The position numbers and the translations under genes are program-made. The notes beneath the pieces are model-generated. The model was not told where the DNA came from. It did no database searches and was given only the letters and a program-made list of their open reading frames with translations. DNA of 64,000 bases from contig DF237049.1 in assembly GCA_000708835.1 (NCBI GenBank), positions 1-64,000 on the forward strand, read 5' to 3'. This document shows positions 50,001 through 62,541 of the stretch, one piece after another; the stretch's first letter is position 1, and each line of letters starts with the position of its first letter. Source of the stretch: Klebsormidium nitens (Eukaryota > Plantae > Klebsormidiophyceae).

Positions 50001-53000
50001 ATATGTTTTTGTATCATCGTGGGCGTAGACTCTTCTCTGAGGCCCTTGGACATTCTGGGCGGGCTGGCGACAGGGTTTGCCTCAAAGGAAGGAGGCTGGG
50101 CTGCCATGTTGACGGCTACCTTCAACAATCAGTGCTCGCAATTGAATTCTACTCAATCAGAGACTTATGGGGAGCGCCCTTGGCTGGGACTCGATGACCG
50201 ACGCTTTTTGAGACTCCTGCTTCTGCTGTTGCTTGAGCACCTACTTCTGAATCCTTGGACCCTTCCTTTCAGAAGAACTCCTCTTTCTTCCGGCCTCAGC
50301 ATTATCAACACGATTGCAGGCCAGCCCCTGGGTTCTTTACAACCAGCCTTTTATTCAACGTACTGACGGCTTTGGCTTCCGTGCAGAACCCTCCCACGAT
50401 CGTCCTGGTGCGCGACCACAAGGGCGAGACGGCTCTCGTCGTGGTTCCCGCCGCGCACACGGGCCTCGTCTGGAAGGGCGAGTGGGACGGCGAGCACGAT
50501 CCCCCAACCGACGCACACCACTTCTTCATCGAATCTCCTAGCTCCTCCACTTCCCACACCTCCGCCTCGACTTCGGAAGCGGGCCCAAGCAATTTGGACT
50601 CCGCGAGCACGAGCAGTGTTGACAAGGTGCGCGGCGGCCGCGCTCCCATGCGGGACCCGGGGAATCCGCTGAGCCGGGCCGGGGGACTGATCCCGCGGGA
50701 GTGGCGCGAGACGCTCGACTCGTACCTGCAGCGCAAGGCGCTTTTTGCGCTGTACAGCCTGTGCAAGGAGATGCCCGGCAAGGAGGCGGCGCTGCAGGCG
50801 CAGGCCAACCATGCGGCGACGGTGGCCATGTGCCGGTACCACCCGTACGAGTGGAACATGGGCGTGCGCTGCGGGTTCAACCGGGAGGTGAGGAGGGCTG
50901 GCTGGTTTGTTGGATTTACCTGACGGGCTTTTGCAGACTGTGCAAGAGGGCACAGATATGTGCAGGTTGCAGAGAAGCATGCCACTTTGTTGTTGTAGTT
51001 GGATCTCGTCTGCCCCTGATTGTGCTCTTATAAAGCGTTGCTCATCTCGTTGAAGGCCTGAAGAAACACAACGTTGCCTACCTGTCCTGCGATGAAGTTA
51101 GTCGCTGCTAGGAGTTTCGCCTCGTGGTTGGTGATTAAGACTCCATTAAGTTGGTCCCTTGGTTGTGCACAAGGACTCTTCAAAGAAACTGCAGCAAGCT
51201 TCGCCCCCTTCTTTGTTACCCAGCGCTGACCCGCCTCTACAATTAATCCCCGCAGGTGATCAAGGCAGCGCACCTGGTGTTGGCGCGGCTGCACATCGAG
51301 CGCATCTGGGACAAGAACGTGACCTACTGGCTGGCCCACGAGTGCGCCAAGGGCAACGACCACGCCGCGCTCGAAGCCATGGTCGCAGAGGGCCTCCCCG
51401 GGCTGTGGGCCGAGGACGGCGCGGGCCATGTGCCACTGCACTACGCGCGCGAGCTGCAGCGCGCGGCGTGCGTGGCGATTTTGGAGGACCTGCAGCGCAA
51501 GCGGCGCGCCAAGAAGAAGGGCAAGAAGGCCAAGAAGAAGAGCGCGGCGGAGCAGGGGGAGGCGCTGGGAGGGACTGGTAAGGCGGGACTTTCAAAGGAG
51601 GTGTAGTGCGCCGTTTGTAGGATAATTGGCAAAACCCCAAATGGTGCCCGTGTTGACTTGCTCGCTGCTTGTGACGTGTACATGACAATCATGGACAACT
51701 CGCTTTCCTGCAAGCATATGAATGGCACTTCTTTCTCATATCCACTCACCAGCGTCTCAATTTTTGCTGCAGCCAATGCAGAGAGCCCCGACACGCCCAC
51801 CGCAGACCCCACCAGCTCCAACGCGCCGTCCCCCAAAACCCCTCTCTCAGAACCCCCTCCCTCGGCCCCGAAGGCCAGTACTAGCGTCTCCTCTTCCGCT
51901 CCTGAGACTCTCAACCCCTCGGCCAACGCTGCCCTGCGGTCAGTGGTAGACGCCTCGAGCCTGGAAGGGATGCGTGCTGCCGTGGAGGCATATGCCGCGC
52001 TGGCAGATGTTGACGCAGCATTGGTGGAGACGCTGAAGGGGATCGTGGAGGACGCGGAGCGCACGGTGGTGCGCAGCGCGAGCGCCATGGTGGCGGGAGT
52101 GAAGGGCCGGCTGGACGTGCTGGCGGACAGCGGCAGCAAGCGGGCCATCAAGAACACGCACACGCTGCTGGAAAAGGTACGTTATTCCATCCAGAGGATG
52201 GGGACCGTCCGCTTTCAAATCAGGTTGGCCCCACTAATAGTAAACTATCGCCTAGGAAGAACCGGACAGTGTTTGAATTGAAACTTTTCGACGACTGTCG
52301 TATTATAGATGATATGACTGAGATGACGAAGGGGCAGATGAAATCTGCTACTCAGAAGAATCGCTCACAAGAATATGTGCACCTGACACTTGGGTCTGAA
52401 ATCTAGAGATGTGTCCGGCCCTGACCCTTGCGTCTGCAGATACTCTCAGCACGTTCATCAGTTGTTAACCAGGGAAGCACAGTAACTGCGTGTCAAACAA
52501 ATCGTCAAAATGGTTGTGTCTGTGAACCTGCAGATTGGGCAGGCATCGACGCTGAGCGAGTTCCAGGCTGCGGTGGAGCGGTACAGCCAGTCGAGCGCGG
52601 CGGACCCGGTGCTGTGCACGGTCCTGGCGGACGTGCTGCGCGAGTCGGAGAAGAAGATGCGCGAGTCGATGGCGCAGGCCGAGCGCAAGGTGGGCGAGTC
52701 GCAGGGCAAGAGCCTGGGGCTGGCGAGCAAGGGGAAGAGCATGGCGCCGCCAGCTGGGGACGGGAAGGGTGCAGGAAAGGAGGAGAGAGGGGGAGGCAAG
52801 GAGGAGAGAGGGGTAGAGAAGGAGGCCAAAGGGACCGGTAACATTGCAGGCAAGGTGGAGGAAGGAAAAAAGGCGGCTGATGGGGAAGCACGGGAGAAGC
52901 GGGATGCCAAGCAGAAGGGGAAGGAGAAGAAGGGGAAGGACAGCAAGGGGGGTGCGAAAGAGAAGGGGGCCAAGGCTGGGGCGCCAAGCCCGGGGGAGAA

Positions 53001-56000
53001 GGCCAAGCCAAAGGTAGTCGAGGCGGAACCTTCCGCCGTGGAAGTTTCTGCACCGGAGGCCCCTGCGACCGCTGCACACGCAGTGGCAGAAAGCCAGGCC
53101 GCGATGCCCGAGCCGCCTTTCGAGCATCCCGTCGTGGCGAGCACTCTAGAAACGCCGCCCGAGGTTCTGGAGCTGTTGGCAAGGGAAGAAGAGTTGGCAA
53201 ATGCACCGGACGAGGACAGCTTCGAAGAGGAGGAGTGGGTGAACGTGATGAGCCGTCGGAAGCTACGGGAGTCGCTCAAGGGCAGCGCCCCGGCCATGGA
53301 AACCGAGCGGCCCCTCAGCGGGCGGCAGCGGCGCGCCAAGCAGAAGGAGGCGGCTGCCCGGGTGGTCCGGGAAAGCCCCGAGCGCGCCAGCCACCAGTCG
53401 CCGCCTCGGGAGGAGCGCGCCCTGATGATCGACCTACTAGCGCAAGCGGCTGAAAGCACCCCGAGTGTGACTCCGAAGCCAAGGGAGACGGTCGGCGGTT
53501 CCGCGTGGAAGCTAGGAGAAAGTTTGGAGGGCGCGCGGGTTGTTCCGGGCAATGTAGAGGAGGACGAGCGGGAAGGAGTGGTCGGGCCGGAACGGACGGC
53601 GTGGGGGCCGAACGCGCAGCCGGGGGGGCACCTGGCCAAGCGCACGTGGGCGGAGCAGGTGGAAGAGGAGGACAGGGCGGGGGGGCTACCGGAGGCGAGC
53701 ACGCACGGGGGACCCCTGGTAAGCGGGCCTGTAATTCGGTAAATATGTAGAGTAGTCGTGTTGCCGCCGCGGTTTTCATTTGCTGCATTCAGAGGCATGA
53801 GATTGAATGTTCGACTCTTTGAGCGCCGTTGAGTGGAGAGATGGGCCACTTTGGTGCCTGCTGCTGTAGAGAGTGCTCTGCAACCGTTAAGAAATACCAC
53901 AACAAGTTCGTAGATTGCTCAAAGACATGCTGCCTTCGTGGATATTGTGGAGTACAGGATATGTCCTGGTTCCTCTAGCTGCACCGAAGGTGCATGCTTG
54001 CACCAAGGGGGTGGGGTGGTGATATGCAGGGTTCTTACCGCAGTGGCTTTTTGGTTTCTCGCCTTCTGACACATGCTTGCCGGTCTTCTCTCAGGACAAG
54101 CGAAAGCTGGCTGAGGCGGAGAGCAAGCGCGGCAAGGGCAAGTCGCGAGGGAGCAAGCAGCGCGGCAAGACGGGCCGGGGCCCAGGCACCCCCAGTAGTA
54201 GTGCGGCCATCCTACCCTCCCCGTTGCCCCCCCTCCTGCCCACGCCGTCCGAATCGCTTCACATCGCAGCGGAGCCCGCAAAGCGGAGGCCAAACGCAGG
54301 TGTGCCAGAGTGGCCGTCCGTCAACGCTCCGAGTGCGAAGCCGAGCCAGAAGCAAGTGTTGCCGGGCACGGGGGTGTTCCACGCCGTGGACGAAGAGGCC
54401 AAGCAGGGCCAGGCCGAGGCGGTGCGCAAGCGGGGGGGTCCGGCCATGGGGCCAAGCGACCCCCCCTTGGCTTCGTTGCCCATCAGGTCGCCTGGTGTGG
54501 CATGGGGCCGTCCCCCGGCGCCTGGACCAGCTAACGGGCCCCCCTCTTATGACCCGCTGACCGCGCCCATCACCCCGCTCCAACAGTGGGCCCCACCAGC
54601 CTACCCTGATCTACCCGTCAGTCTCGACATGGACTTCCACTCCGCAGAAGAGGCGGCACACGTCGGGCAAGCCCCTCCCCCCTGGATGGACCAAAGCGAG
54701 CCCGCCTTCACACTCCACCAACCGCAGAGCACCGCCCCCCCCCGTCTGGTGGACTACCCGACCCCCGGCAGCAGCAGCTTCTTCCAGTCCGCCGCCCAAG
54801 ACGCCGTTGTCACGCCCTTCCCCCGGCTCCCCTCGCCGCAGGCCTCGGTCTCCTCGTCGGCCGACTGGANNNNNNNNNNNNNNNNNNNNNNNNNNNNNNN
54901 NNNNNNNNNNNNNNNNNNNNNNNNNNNNNNNNNNNNNNNNNNNNNNNNNNNNNNNNNNNNNNNNNNNNNNNNNNNNNNNNNNNNNNNNNNNNNNNNNNNN
55001 NNNNNNNNNNNNNNNNNNNNNNNNNNNNNNNNNNNNNNNNNNNNNNNNNNNNNNNNNNNNNNNNNNNNNNNNNNNNNNNNNNNNNNNNNNNNNNNNNNNN
55101 NNNNNNNNNNNNNNNNNNNNNNNNNNNNNNNNNNNNNNNNNNNNNNNNNNNNNNNNNNNNNNNNNNNNNNNNNNNNNNNNNNNNNNNNNNNNNNNNNNNN
55201 NNNNNNNNNNNNNNNNNNNNNNNNNNNNNNNNNNNNNNNNNNNNNNNNNNNNNNNNNNNNNNNNNNNNNNNNNNNNNNNNNNNNNNNNNNNNNNNNNNNN
55301 NNNNNNNNNNNNNNNNNNNNNNNNNNNNNNNNNNNNNNNNNNNNNNNNNNNNNNNNNNNNNNNNNNNNNNNNNNNNNNNNNNNNNNNNNNNNNNNNNNNN
55401 NNNNNNNNNNNNNNNNNNNNNNNNNNNNNNNNNNNNNNNNNNNNNNNNNNNNNNNNNNNNNNNNNNNNNNNNNNNNNNNNNNNNNNNNNNNNNNNNNNNN
55501 NNNNNNNNNNNNNNNNNNNNNNNNNNNNNNNNNNNNNNNNNNNNNNNNNNNNNNNNNNNNNNNNCGGGCCACGTGCTGCAGTCGATCCTCTCGGACCTGC
55601 TCCCGGACGCGACGCTGGGCAGCGAGGACGAGAGCGGCGCCGAGTCGCAACCGTTCGACCTCAACGGGGAGGGTATTACCGACACCCCTGCCGGCGTGCA
55701 CCTCCCGGCGGGGCTCCTCGCGTCCGACGATCCCGTCTCGAGCTCCCCGCACCACCTGACGTTTGGCAGCCTGCCAGCCGATCTGGGCGACCTCGGGGCT
55801 GAGAGCGTGCACCCGCTGCCGCCGCAAAAGGCCGAGTCGGGGCATCCGCTCGGTGGATACTGGCCCGACTACCGACCCTCGCCGGAGGTCCACAGCCCTC
55901 GGATACCCTCTTCTCCGGGGCTCCCCGCCCACCTTCAGAACCCACCTTATATGCACTCCCCGTATGGGTATCCGGGCCAGGCCCATCTTGCTTACAACTC

Positions 56001-56394
56001 CCCCATGCCCAACATGTACTCGGGGCATCCCATCTTCGACTCTTACCCCGGGGGCCCGCACCTGAGAATGACCCCCGGGGACGGGGATTTGAGCCACTCC
56101 CTCTTCTCGTCGGCCCAGCAAGGTGGCCATCTTTCAAACCCCTCCCCCTACGCCCCTCAGCAGCAGCCTGAGCGGCCTGGGTCGGGAAGCGCCTTGGGGC
56201 AGGAGCAACATCCGGCCCGGATGCTTTTCATGGAAGAGCCATGCTCCATCTGTCTAGAGAGGCAGAAAAACTGCGCGCTGCTGCCCTGCGGCCATCAAGC
56301 CTGCGCGCTGTGCAGCCAGCAGATGCACATACGGCGGATGCTCTGTCCAATGTGCAACCGGGCGGTTGAAGGGGTGCTGCAGCTCTTCAGTTAG
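41015..56394 (+). CDS. Giant uncharacterised protein with ARM-like repeats, an ankyrin-like pair and a C-terminal C3HC4 RING (putative E3 ubiquitin ligase)
   Basis: Phase-compatible exons 41015-41027, 41117-41173, 41709-43445, 43654-43769, 43942-44168, 44399-45209, 45487-47010, 47304-48041, 48489-49961, 50387-50887, 51256-51577, 51773-52176, 52534-53718, 54095-(gap), (gap)-56394. About 10.7 kb is coding outside the gap. RING: CSICLERQKNCALLPCGHQACALCSQQMHIRRMLCPMC. Ankyrin-like: EDGAGHVPLHYARELQRAACVAIL. Continuity across the N gap cannot be verified. Confidence 0.7.
54870..55564. other. Assembly gap (695 N) inside the giant gene
   Basis: Run of N with very GC-rich coding-like flanks. The reading frames on the two sides differ, but the gap length is presumably an estimate. 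Confidence 1.
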
Positions 56395-57478
56395 AAAGAT
56401 GCGAACAGGCCAAGGAGGGCAGCGTGGGTTGGTTCCATAGATGCATAGTACACTCTGTACAGATGTATGTTGGGCGCCGTTGCAGCCAACTTTGACAGTT
56501 CACCTTTTTCACTGCCATGCGATTATTGTCCAGTCAACCATTTGCTTCACAATGAATCTTGTGCATATATTGGCTTGAACGGTCTCCTACGGCCTGATTG
56601 AGCCATATGAAGAACGCCATGACAAGATATGTTCGTCAGGTCTGCCAATGTATAAATACCACGTCACATGTCGGCCATGCTCAGCCGCTGCTTGTCATGC
56701 ACCACGACCCACCATGGCGTTTGCTCAGTGCACCCGATCCGCTCATATTCTCGCTTGTCAGACACCAGTAGTGAAAGACCAGCTAGTGTAGCCAAAGCTA
56801 CATGTTGAGCCGTACGTGCAGCACCATCCGATCTTGGTTTTTCAATGTACGTCTAGGTTAACTTTTGTGCCCGAAATCAGCCGTGCGCCCTCAAATTGGG
56901 AGTCGGCTGGCACGAGCAAACAGATCAGAATCCCCAATTCTCGTATATTCGAACCCAGATCTTCACGTGCTCTGCACCCCAACCCACCCTAACCATCGTG
57001 CTGCTTCCCGCGGGGACACATAGGCCCGAGTGGTCGGCCACTGCACGGCAGGCACGCCCCGGCGGTGGCCGCTACATCACACACCTACCATATAGCGCCT
57101 CTTCGCCTCTCGCATACTCAACATCAAGAGAGTGAATCGTTTTTTTGGTATTTTGAACAATGTATCTTTCAAGGTGTGCGCCTGGGCCGCCCGGCCTGCC
57201 CGGCAGTGCAAGATTCATCCAGTTAAATCGAGTGTACCGCTAAGCCGGGCCGGCCGGCCGCGGCCGTTTGCGGCCCGCGCCGCGCCACCCGGCAACTTAG
57301 GAGACCGCGGCGCGCGCCTTGCCCATGGTTTGAAGGTTGCAGCATACATGCCCCGGTCCATTTCCGAATCACCGCGGCTGGGCGAGTCTAGAAAGGTTTC
57401 GGGGGGCACTTATACTCAATTTGAACCGTCCGATCAGCAAAGTTTCGCATCCTTGACAGCGACCGAAAGAGTTGCTTT

Positions 57479-58150
57479 CACAATGTCCCCGGGCCCCGAA
57501 AGCTAGTGCTCTCACAATTTCCCCGGGCCCCGGGCCAGGGGTGCGGGCGGGGCGCAGAATGGGGCGCAGAGCGCCCCCGGGAAAAATCCTGCGCCCTCGG
57601 GCGGAGGGCCGGGGCGCAGAAGCGCCCCCGGGCAAATCTGGGCCTGAGCAGGGACATTGACTGTATTTGGTGCTTATATCTGTTAAAAAGTCGAACAAGT
57701 TCAAGCATCTGAGCGAGGTTCACTTCCATAAGCGCTGGCTGGATGATTGGACATCTATAATACGTGCCTACAATACCAGCATTTTAGATTTAATCGTCCT
57801 TGTTCTGACCTCCCTTCTCAGCTGAATGTAAAATCTCTGAGTTCCTGAATGCATATTTGCATTTATTACTCTCATATCCAGACTGGACTTAGTAGCATTT
57901 TAAATCACGAGGTACCATAGCTGCTTCAGGAGGAGTATAAGGAGGGCCAGGGTTCAAACTTCAGGGCCCTCCCACAGCTTCCGCAATATATAGCACGTGC
58001 TAGTTGTACCGGGCACTATTGAAGGCCCGGTACTACCATGTGCGCCCCAGGGAAGCTGGCCTGCGCCCCAGGGCGATGGTCCGGGGCGCAGAAGCGCCCC
58101 GGGGCAAAATCCTGTCCGCACCCCTGCCCCGGGCCCCCGGTCGGCCGGGA
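57479..58150. repeat. GC-rich repeat element with imperfect inverted ends, repeated hairpins and an AT-rich core (MITE-like)
   Basis: Direct repeats: tcacaat(g/t)tccccgggccccg at 57479 and 57512; a roughly 47-bp repeat at 57590-57636 versus 58062-58107. Imperfect inverted match: ccccgggccccgggccaggggtgcgggcggg (57521-57551) versus the reverse complement of 58111-58140. Three GGGCGC-AG(A)A-GCGCCC hairpins. No target-site duplication identified. Confidence 0.6.
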
Positions 58151-58621
58151 AACAACTTCAACCAACAAATTCGATCAGGAGAATCACCTGAAAACCGACG
58201 AGAGGCCCTGCGATTGCCAAATGGCACGCTCAGAGCACTTCTGACATGACGTCGCCAGCTGGGTGCCTTCTAAAGATATTTTGACACTTGTGACGGCAGT
58301 CCGTACGACGCGTGGATCTCATGATCACTTTCCTTCCAAAAGGCGGCAGCTGGAGGAGGAAGCAAGCGGAGGTTCTTCAGCATGCACAGCTGAAAAGAAG
58401 AAATGCCCTTCCCGCGCTGCCTCCATTTTGCATGTCGGTAGAGGCCAGTGGTCCAGGAGAAGCCGTTCGCCATGAGTGGCCGGTGCCCACGCGTCATGCA
58501 AAAGTGAAGGCCGGCCGGACGTGGTGAAGTGGCATCTCCTGTGCAAGCCAGCGCTGCACAACTTGGAAAAAGAGGATAGCTTTCAAGATCTTGAGATCGC
58601 TTGAGCCCTCTCGCGTCCTCC

Positions 58622-60361
58622 ATGTCAGCTCTCGCATTTCCTGGTCCGCATTGGCAGGCCCCCTCGTCGGATCCAGCACACGCGGCGGACCAGAGCGTGC
58701 TTCCCTCGTTCAGCAGCTTGGAGGAGCTCAACCATGCCTGGCAGCTGGATGGGAGCAGGGCTCAAGGCGTGGGCAGCATGAACCTTGGGGACCAGCTCCC
58801 TGAAAACGATTGGAACGGTGCATCAGAGGGGGCTGGCTTACACAGCGTGCGCATAGACAGGCAAGTGAGCCTGGGCACTGCGCTGCAGCAGGCAATAGCG
58901 GGGTCGTCATCAGCCAACAAGCCCAAGACAATTGAGGAGACGTGGCGGGAGATCCAGCAGCATGCACTGCCAGCCAGCCAAGCCGCCAGCAACCCCAACA
59001 ATTCTGTCAAAGTAGAAGGCAACGCAAATAACACTTTTCCTCAAGGGGGGGGGTGGAGGGGGGGGGTGAACGCACCTCCGTACGGAGCGGCTGCATACCC
59101 AGGGGTCCCTCCCATGGGGGTTGCGCCTGCGGGGTTGAACACAGGGCTGTTAGAGGAGATCCTGCGCAATCAGAGGATGGCGGCATTTGCAGCGGCAGCA
59201 GCTGTCAATGCAAGCCAGGCGGGGCAAAGGCAAAGCACCAGCGAGCAAGCCTATGAGGGCGTTCCGCAGAGGAACACTCATGCGGGTGCGGGGATGAACA
59301 TGCCAGGGGCGTTCCTGCCTGCACCACAGGGGTATGCCGGTGAGGCGAATGGGGTTCAGTCAGATTTGAGGAACTTCCAGTTGCCAAGTGCATATGGCAA
59401 TCCAGCTTCAGGTCAGCCACGGCAGCATCAGCAGCAACAGAGCCCCAGGTCAGGTGACAATGCACAAAATCCCATTCTGGTCCCTCAGCAGGGGCCAATG
59501 GGAATCCTTGCTTTTCCTGGTGCGGGAAACCGGGGAGGTCCAAATGGTCAGGGCGCGCTGGTCATGCCAAAGAATGATCCAGATGCTGAAGAGGACGACG
59601 ACTCAAGCCCCAGGGGCCGGGGGAGAAAGCGGGTGAGGGTTGAGAAGGAGAAGGATGCAAAGATAGAGAAGAGGACGCTGCGCATGATCAAGAATAGGGA
59701 GAGCGCTGCGCGGTCGCGGCTGCGGAAGCAGGCGTATACGCAGGTGAGCAAGGAGGCATTGTATACTCGTTTGTTTTTACCGGGGTGCCACATTGTACTT
59801 GTAAGAAAATGTGTAGCTTGCTTTGGATCTCATGCATGGTGGTATGTCTGCTCAAAGGTCATGCTTGAGCTAACCTGACCTGTGTATATGAAGATTATCG
59901 TCTGCACCAACAGTCCTGTCGCATACCTTCCGTATGCATTGCAAAGATGAACATTTGACGCTGCATTCCTTCTGTTCTCTTTGAATGCATATGAAATTGA
60001 CACAAAATGAGGCATGTCTGCATGTTCATCCGTTTCAAAACAAGTTTGCAGTCAGGCCTCATATGTCTCGTTCACTTTCTTCAGGTCCCTGATTTGAGAA
60101 ACGACAAACCGGAGGAATTTTGTCTGTTCGCAGGTTGACATTGGCCTCTAAAATTAGTAAATCGAGATTGATTGACTTGTAAAAGTACTAATTTTCACAA
60201 TCATCACGTTGCAGAGCTTGGAGGCAGAGATCAACGAACTGAAAGAAGAGAACGACCGGCTCAGGAGGCAGAAGGAGGCAATGGGGGTGAATAAGCAGTC
60301 TCCAGAGGCCAAGGTCTCGACCATGAATAGGCTGAGACGAACTAGGACAGGACCGTGGTAG
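58622..60361 (+). CDS. Group A bZIP transcription factor (ABF/AREB/ABI5-like)
   Basis: Exons 58622-59743 and 60215-60361. Basic region RMIKNRESAARSRLRKQAYT, zipper SLEAEINELKEENDRL, C1-like GSMNL, C2-like RQVSL...KTIEETWREIQ, and terminal C4 motif LRRTRTGPW*. The start codon is uncertain (first in-frame ATG used). Confidence 0.92.
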
Positions 60362-62541
60362 CTGTGCATAATCCTGGAGCAAACTGTAACATATGGGTAG
60401 GGGGAGCACCAGCAGGGGTTTTGAGCCTCTCGCCCTTGTGTGGTAAACAGCCGGCTTACTATTGGTGTATCTTCCTCAGCAGTGATTTTGACAAAAGCTA
60501 GTGTGGGGATACTATGACGGATTTGGTTAGTCTGCAGCAGAGGGAAACTGGCTTTTGTGACTCTTTGCAAAGGGATTGAATCACAGCTTTATGTGGAGGT
60601 GATCAAACTCGGAAAGAACCACCGAGTAAGAGCTAGTGCACGCGGGCTATAGCAGTCACCAGGAGTTGAATGAAGTTTTAAACGTTCAGACCCAGTATCA
60701 TTGGGTTTAATCTGCAAGGATTAACTTTTCCATGTAGGTAGAGGGATCTGCCAGTCATTGAATGTGCGCACGCGTAGGTAAAAAAATTGAACTTCAGTCC
60801 TAATCTTTAAAAGAAACGGAGACACTGTTTCTAATAATCCGGTCTTAGCCTTCCAATCAAAGAATGCGTTGAACGTAACACATAGTTTTTCACGCTCACA
60901 TTGGGTGATTCATCCTGACTGCTCGCTTCCAGTTAAGCTAGAACTTATGAATCGCCTTCGTTGTGTGTAGAGGACAGCCATGCTGGTCAATCCATGAGCA
61001 CTCGCAAGCTTTAACGCCCTTTGCAGCCAATTGCAATGAACGCACATTGCACTTTATTCCATATGACGTTGAAAGTCCTTTCATTCAGTACGGCACTGTA
61101 GCATCAATAATCGTTGCCTTACCAACTGCGCATGTGCGTCGAAACGAGCGTTATACTCAATCATGATTGCACCTAAAATTCAGAAGTTTCAAGCTAGCTA
61201 GCTAGCACAGGAACCTATTATGTATGCCATTTGAGAAGCAGGCTACGGCGTCACACAATGAACCATGTCAAGCATGCTCTCTTACGACCCTTCATATCTC
61301 ATACAGGCTCGTGAAAAGAGTACCTTGACAATCTCCTACGCCGGTGTCAATAAAACTTGCGCGCGTGTCAGCCCTTTGCATCAAAAAGAAACATAGATCC
61401 ATACATGGGACCTCAAGTATCATTTTCGAAGGAATCACTTCGAGCTCACCGTACGCTTTACAGTGCGGTAGCATTCTATTCTTGAGTACAAGAGACACTC
61501 AAGCCTCGTTTACCGGTTGGCGAGAATCACGCCGGTTTCAAGCCCTCATACAGCAACCGCCGCCGCGGCATGGCCGCCATGAAAACTCTTGGCCCAGGCC
61601 GAAGCACCATCTGGCACCTGGAGCACCGTCTCATGCAATACCCCCTAGAGGTGTTGAGCGGGTCGGCCGACCAGTAAAATGCCACTGATCGGTGACACTG
61701 ATCATCGAAAAATAGTGCAGCCCACATGTAGTGCAATCCTCAAATCATATCGCCACAATCAAATGGATACATGGCCGGATTCGTTTTGATTGTTGGTTCT
61801 GTCACGGGTTCCGCGTTCTTGGTACAACTACAATCCTTTCGATAACTTCAGAAACAAACGCTGTAATGGTCGATATCTCACATGACCGTCGTACCAAGCT
61901 AACAGCTTCGAGCGGGCGTCGGATTCCGCGATACTGCTCATACGGAATATCCTTCGTGACTATAGAGCATCATACTGTGACTCACAGCTCGAGCAATCGT
62001 TCACATGAACCGGCTGGAACCGGCGTCGAGTTAGTGCATCGCGCCTGCGCGAGTGACCTAGGCTTATGACGGTGCAGACCGCGCATTTAATTTGGGCGGC
62101 GGCGCTTTCACATCGAGACGGTTCGCAACACGGACCATGCCCCGTCATGTGCACTCTGCGCCTGCTGATGGCTCAGAGCCGCATATCGTCATCACCATGC
62201 TGCAGGCGGCCATGTCCTGCATGCTTTCCGCTCAGTCTTCGCCGAATCAAGCCCCTTGCCTGCACACAAACGCTAGCAGCAAACGCCTAGAAAACTGAGG
62301 CGTCGAACCCGGTGACTTATGCTGACATCTCAAACTGAAGCACACATGAGAATTTATAAACGAGAGATTGCACGCCGGGTCAGCTTCACACAAACGCATG
62401 CATGAAAGTACCCAGCGTCACACTTATAAAGCCTGGCCGCGACAAGCAGTCGAACACAGAACCGTTTTGGGACAAGCAAAGGTCATAGCTCACAACAGAA
62501 GCATTCCATGTCACAAGACGCGAATCAGGACTTCCATCCTG

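Noticed and set aside
54077-56130. ORF-track entries of 291-560 aa spanning the N run
   Set aside because: Artefacts of translating through the assembly gap.
57180-57320. GGCC/CCGG-dense palindromic stretch
   Set aside because: Explained by very high local GC content; no defined repeat unit or long stem could be established.
57941-57972. Possible tRNA gene suggested by the GGTTCAAA loop
   Set aside because: No cloverleaf, D-arm or anticodon arm, and no clear A-box; kept only as part of the repeat-element finding.
21117-60361. Idea of a desiccation/carbon gene cluster (TKL, TPS1, TGD4, ABF-like bZIP, metacaspase)
   Set aside because: The functions are diverse and interleaved with SWI3, TRM1 and unknown genes. 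Nothing in the sequence shows co-regulation, and gene-dense genomes produce such neighbourhoods by chance.
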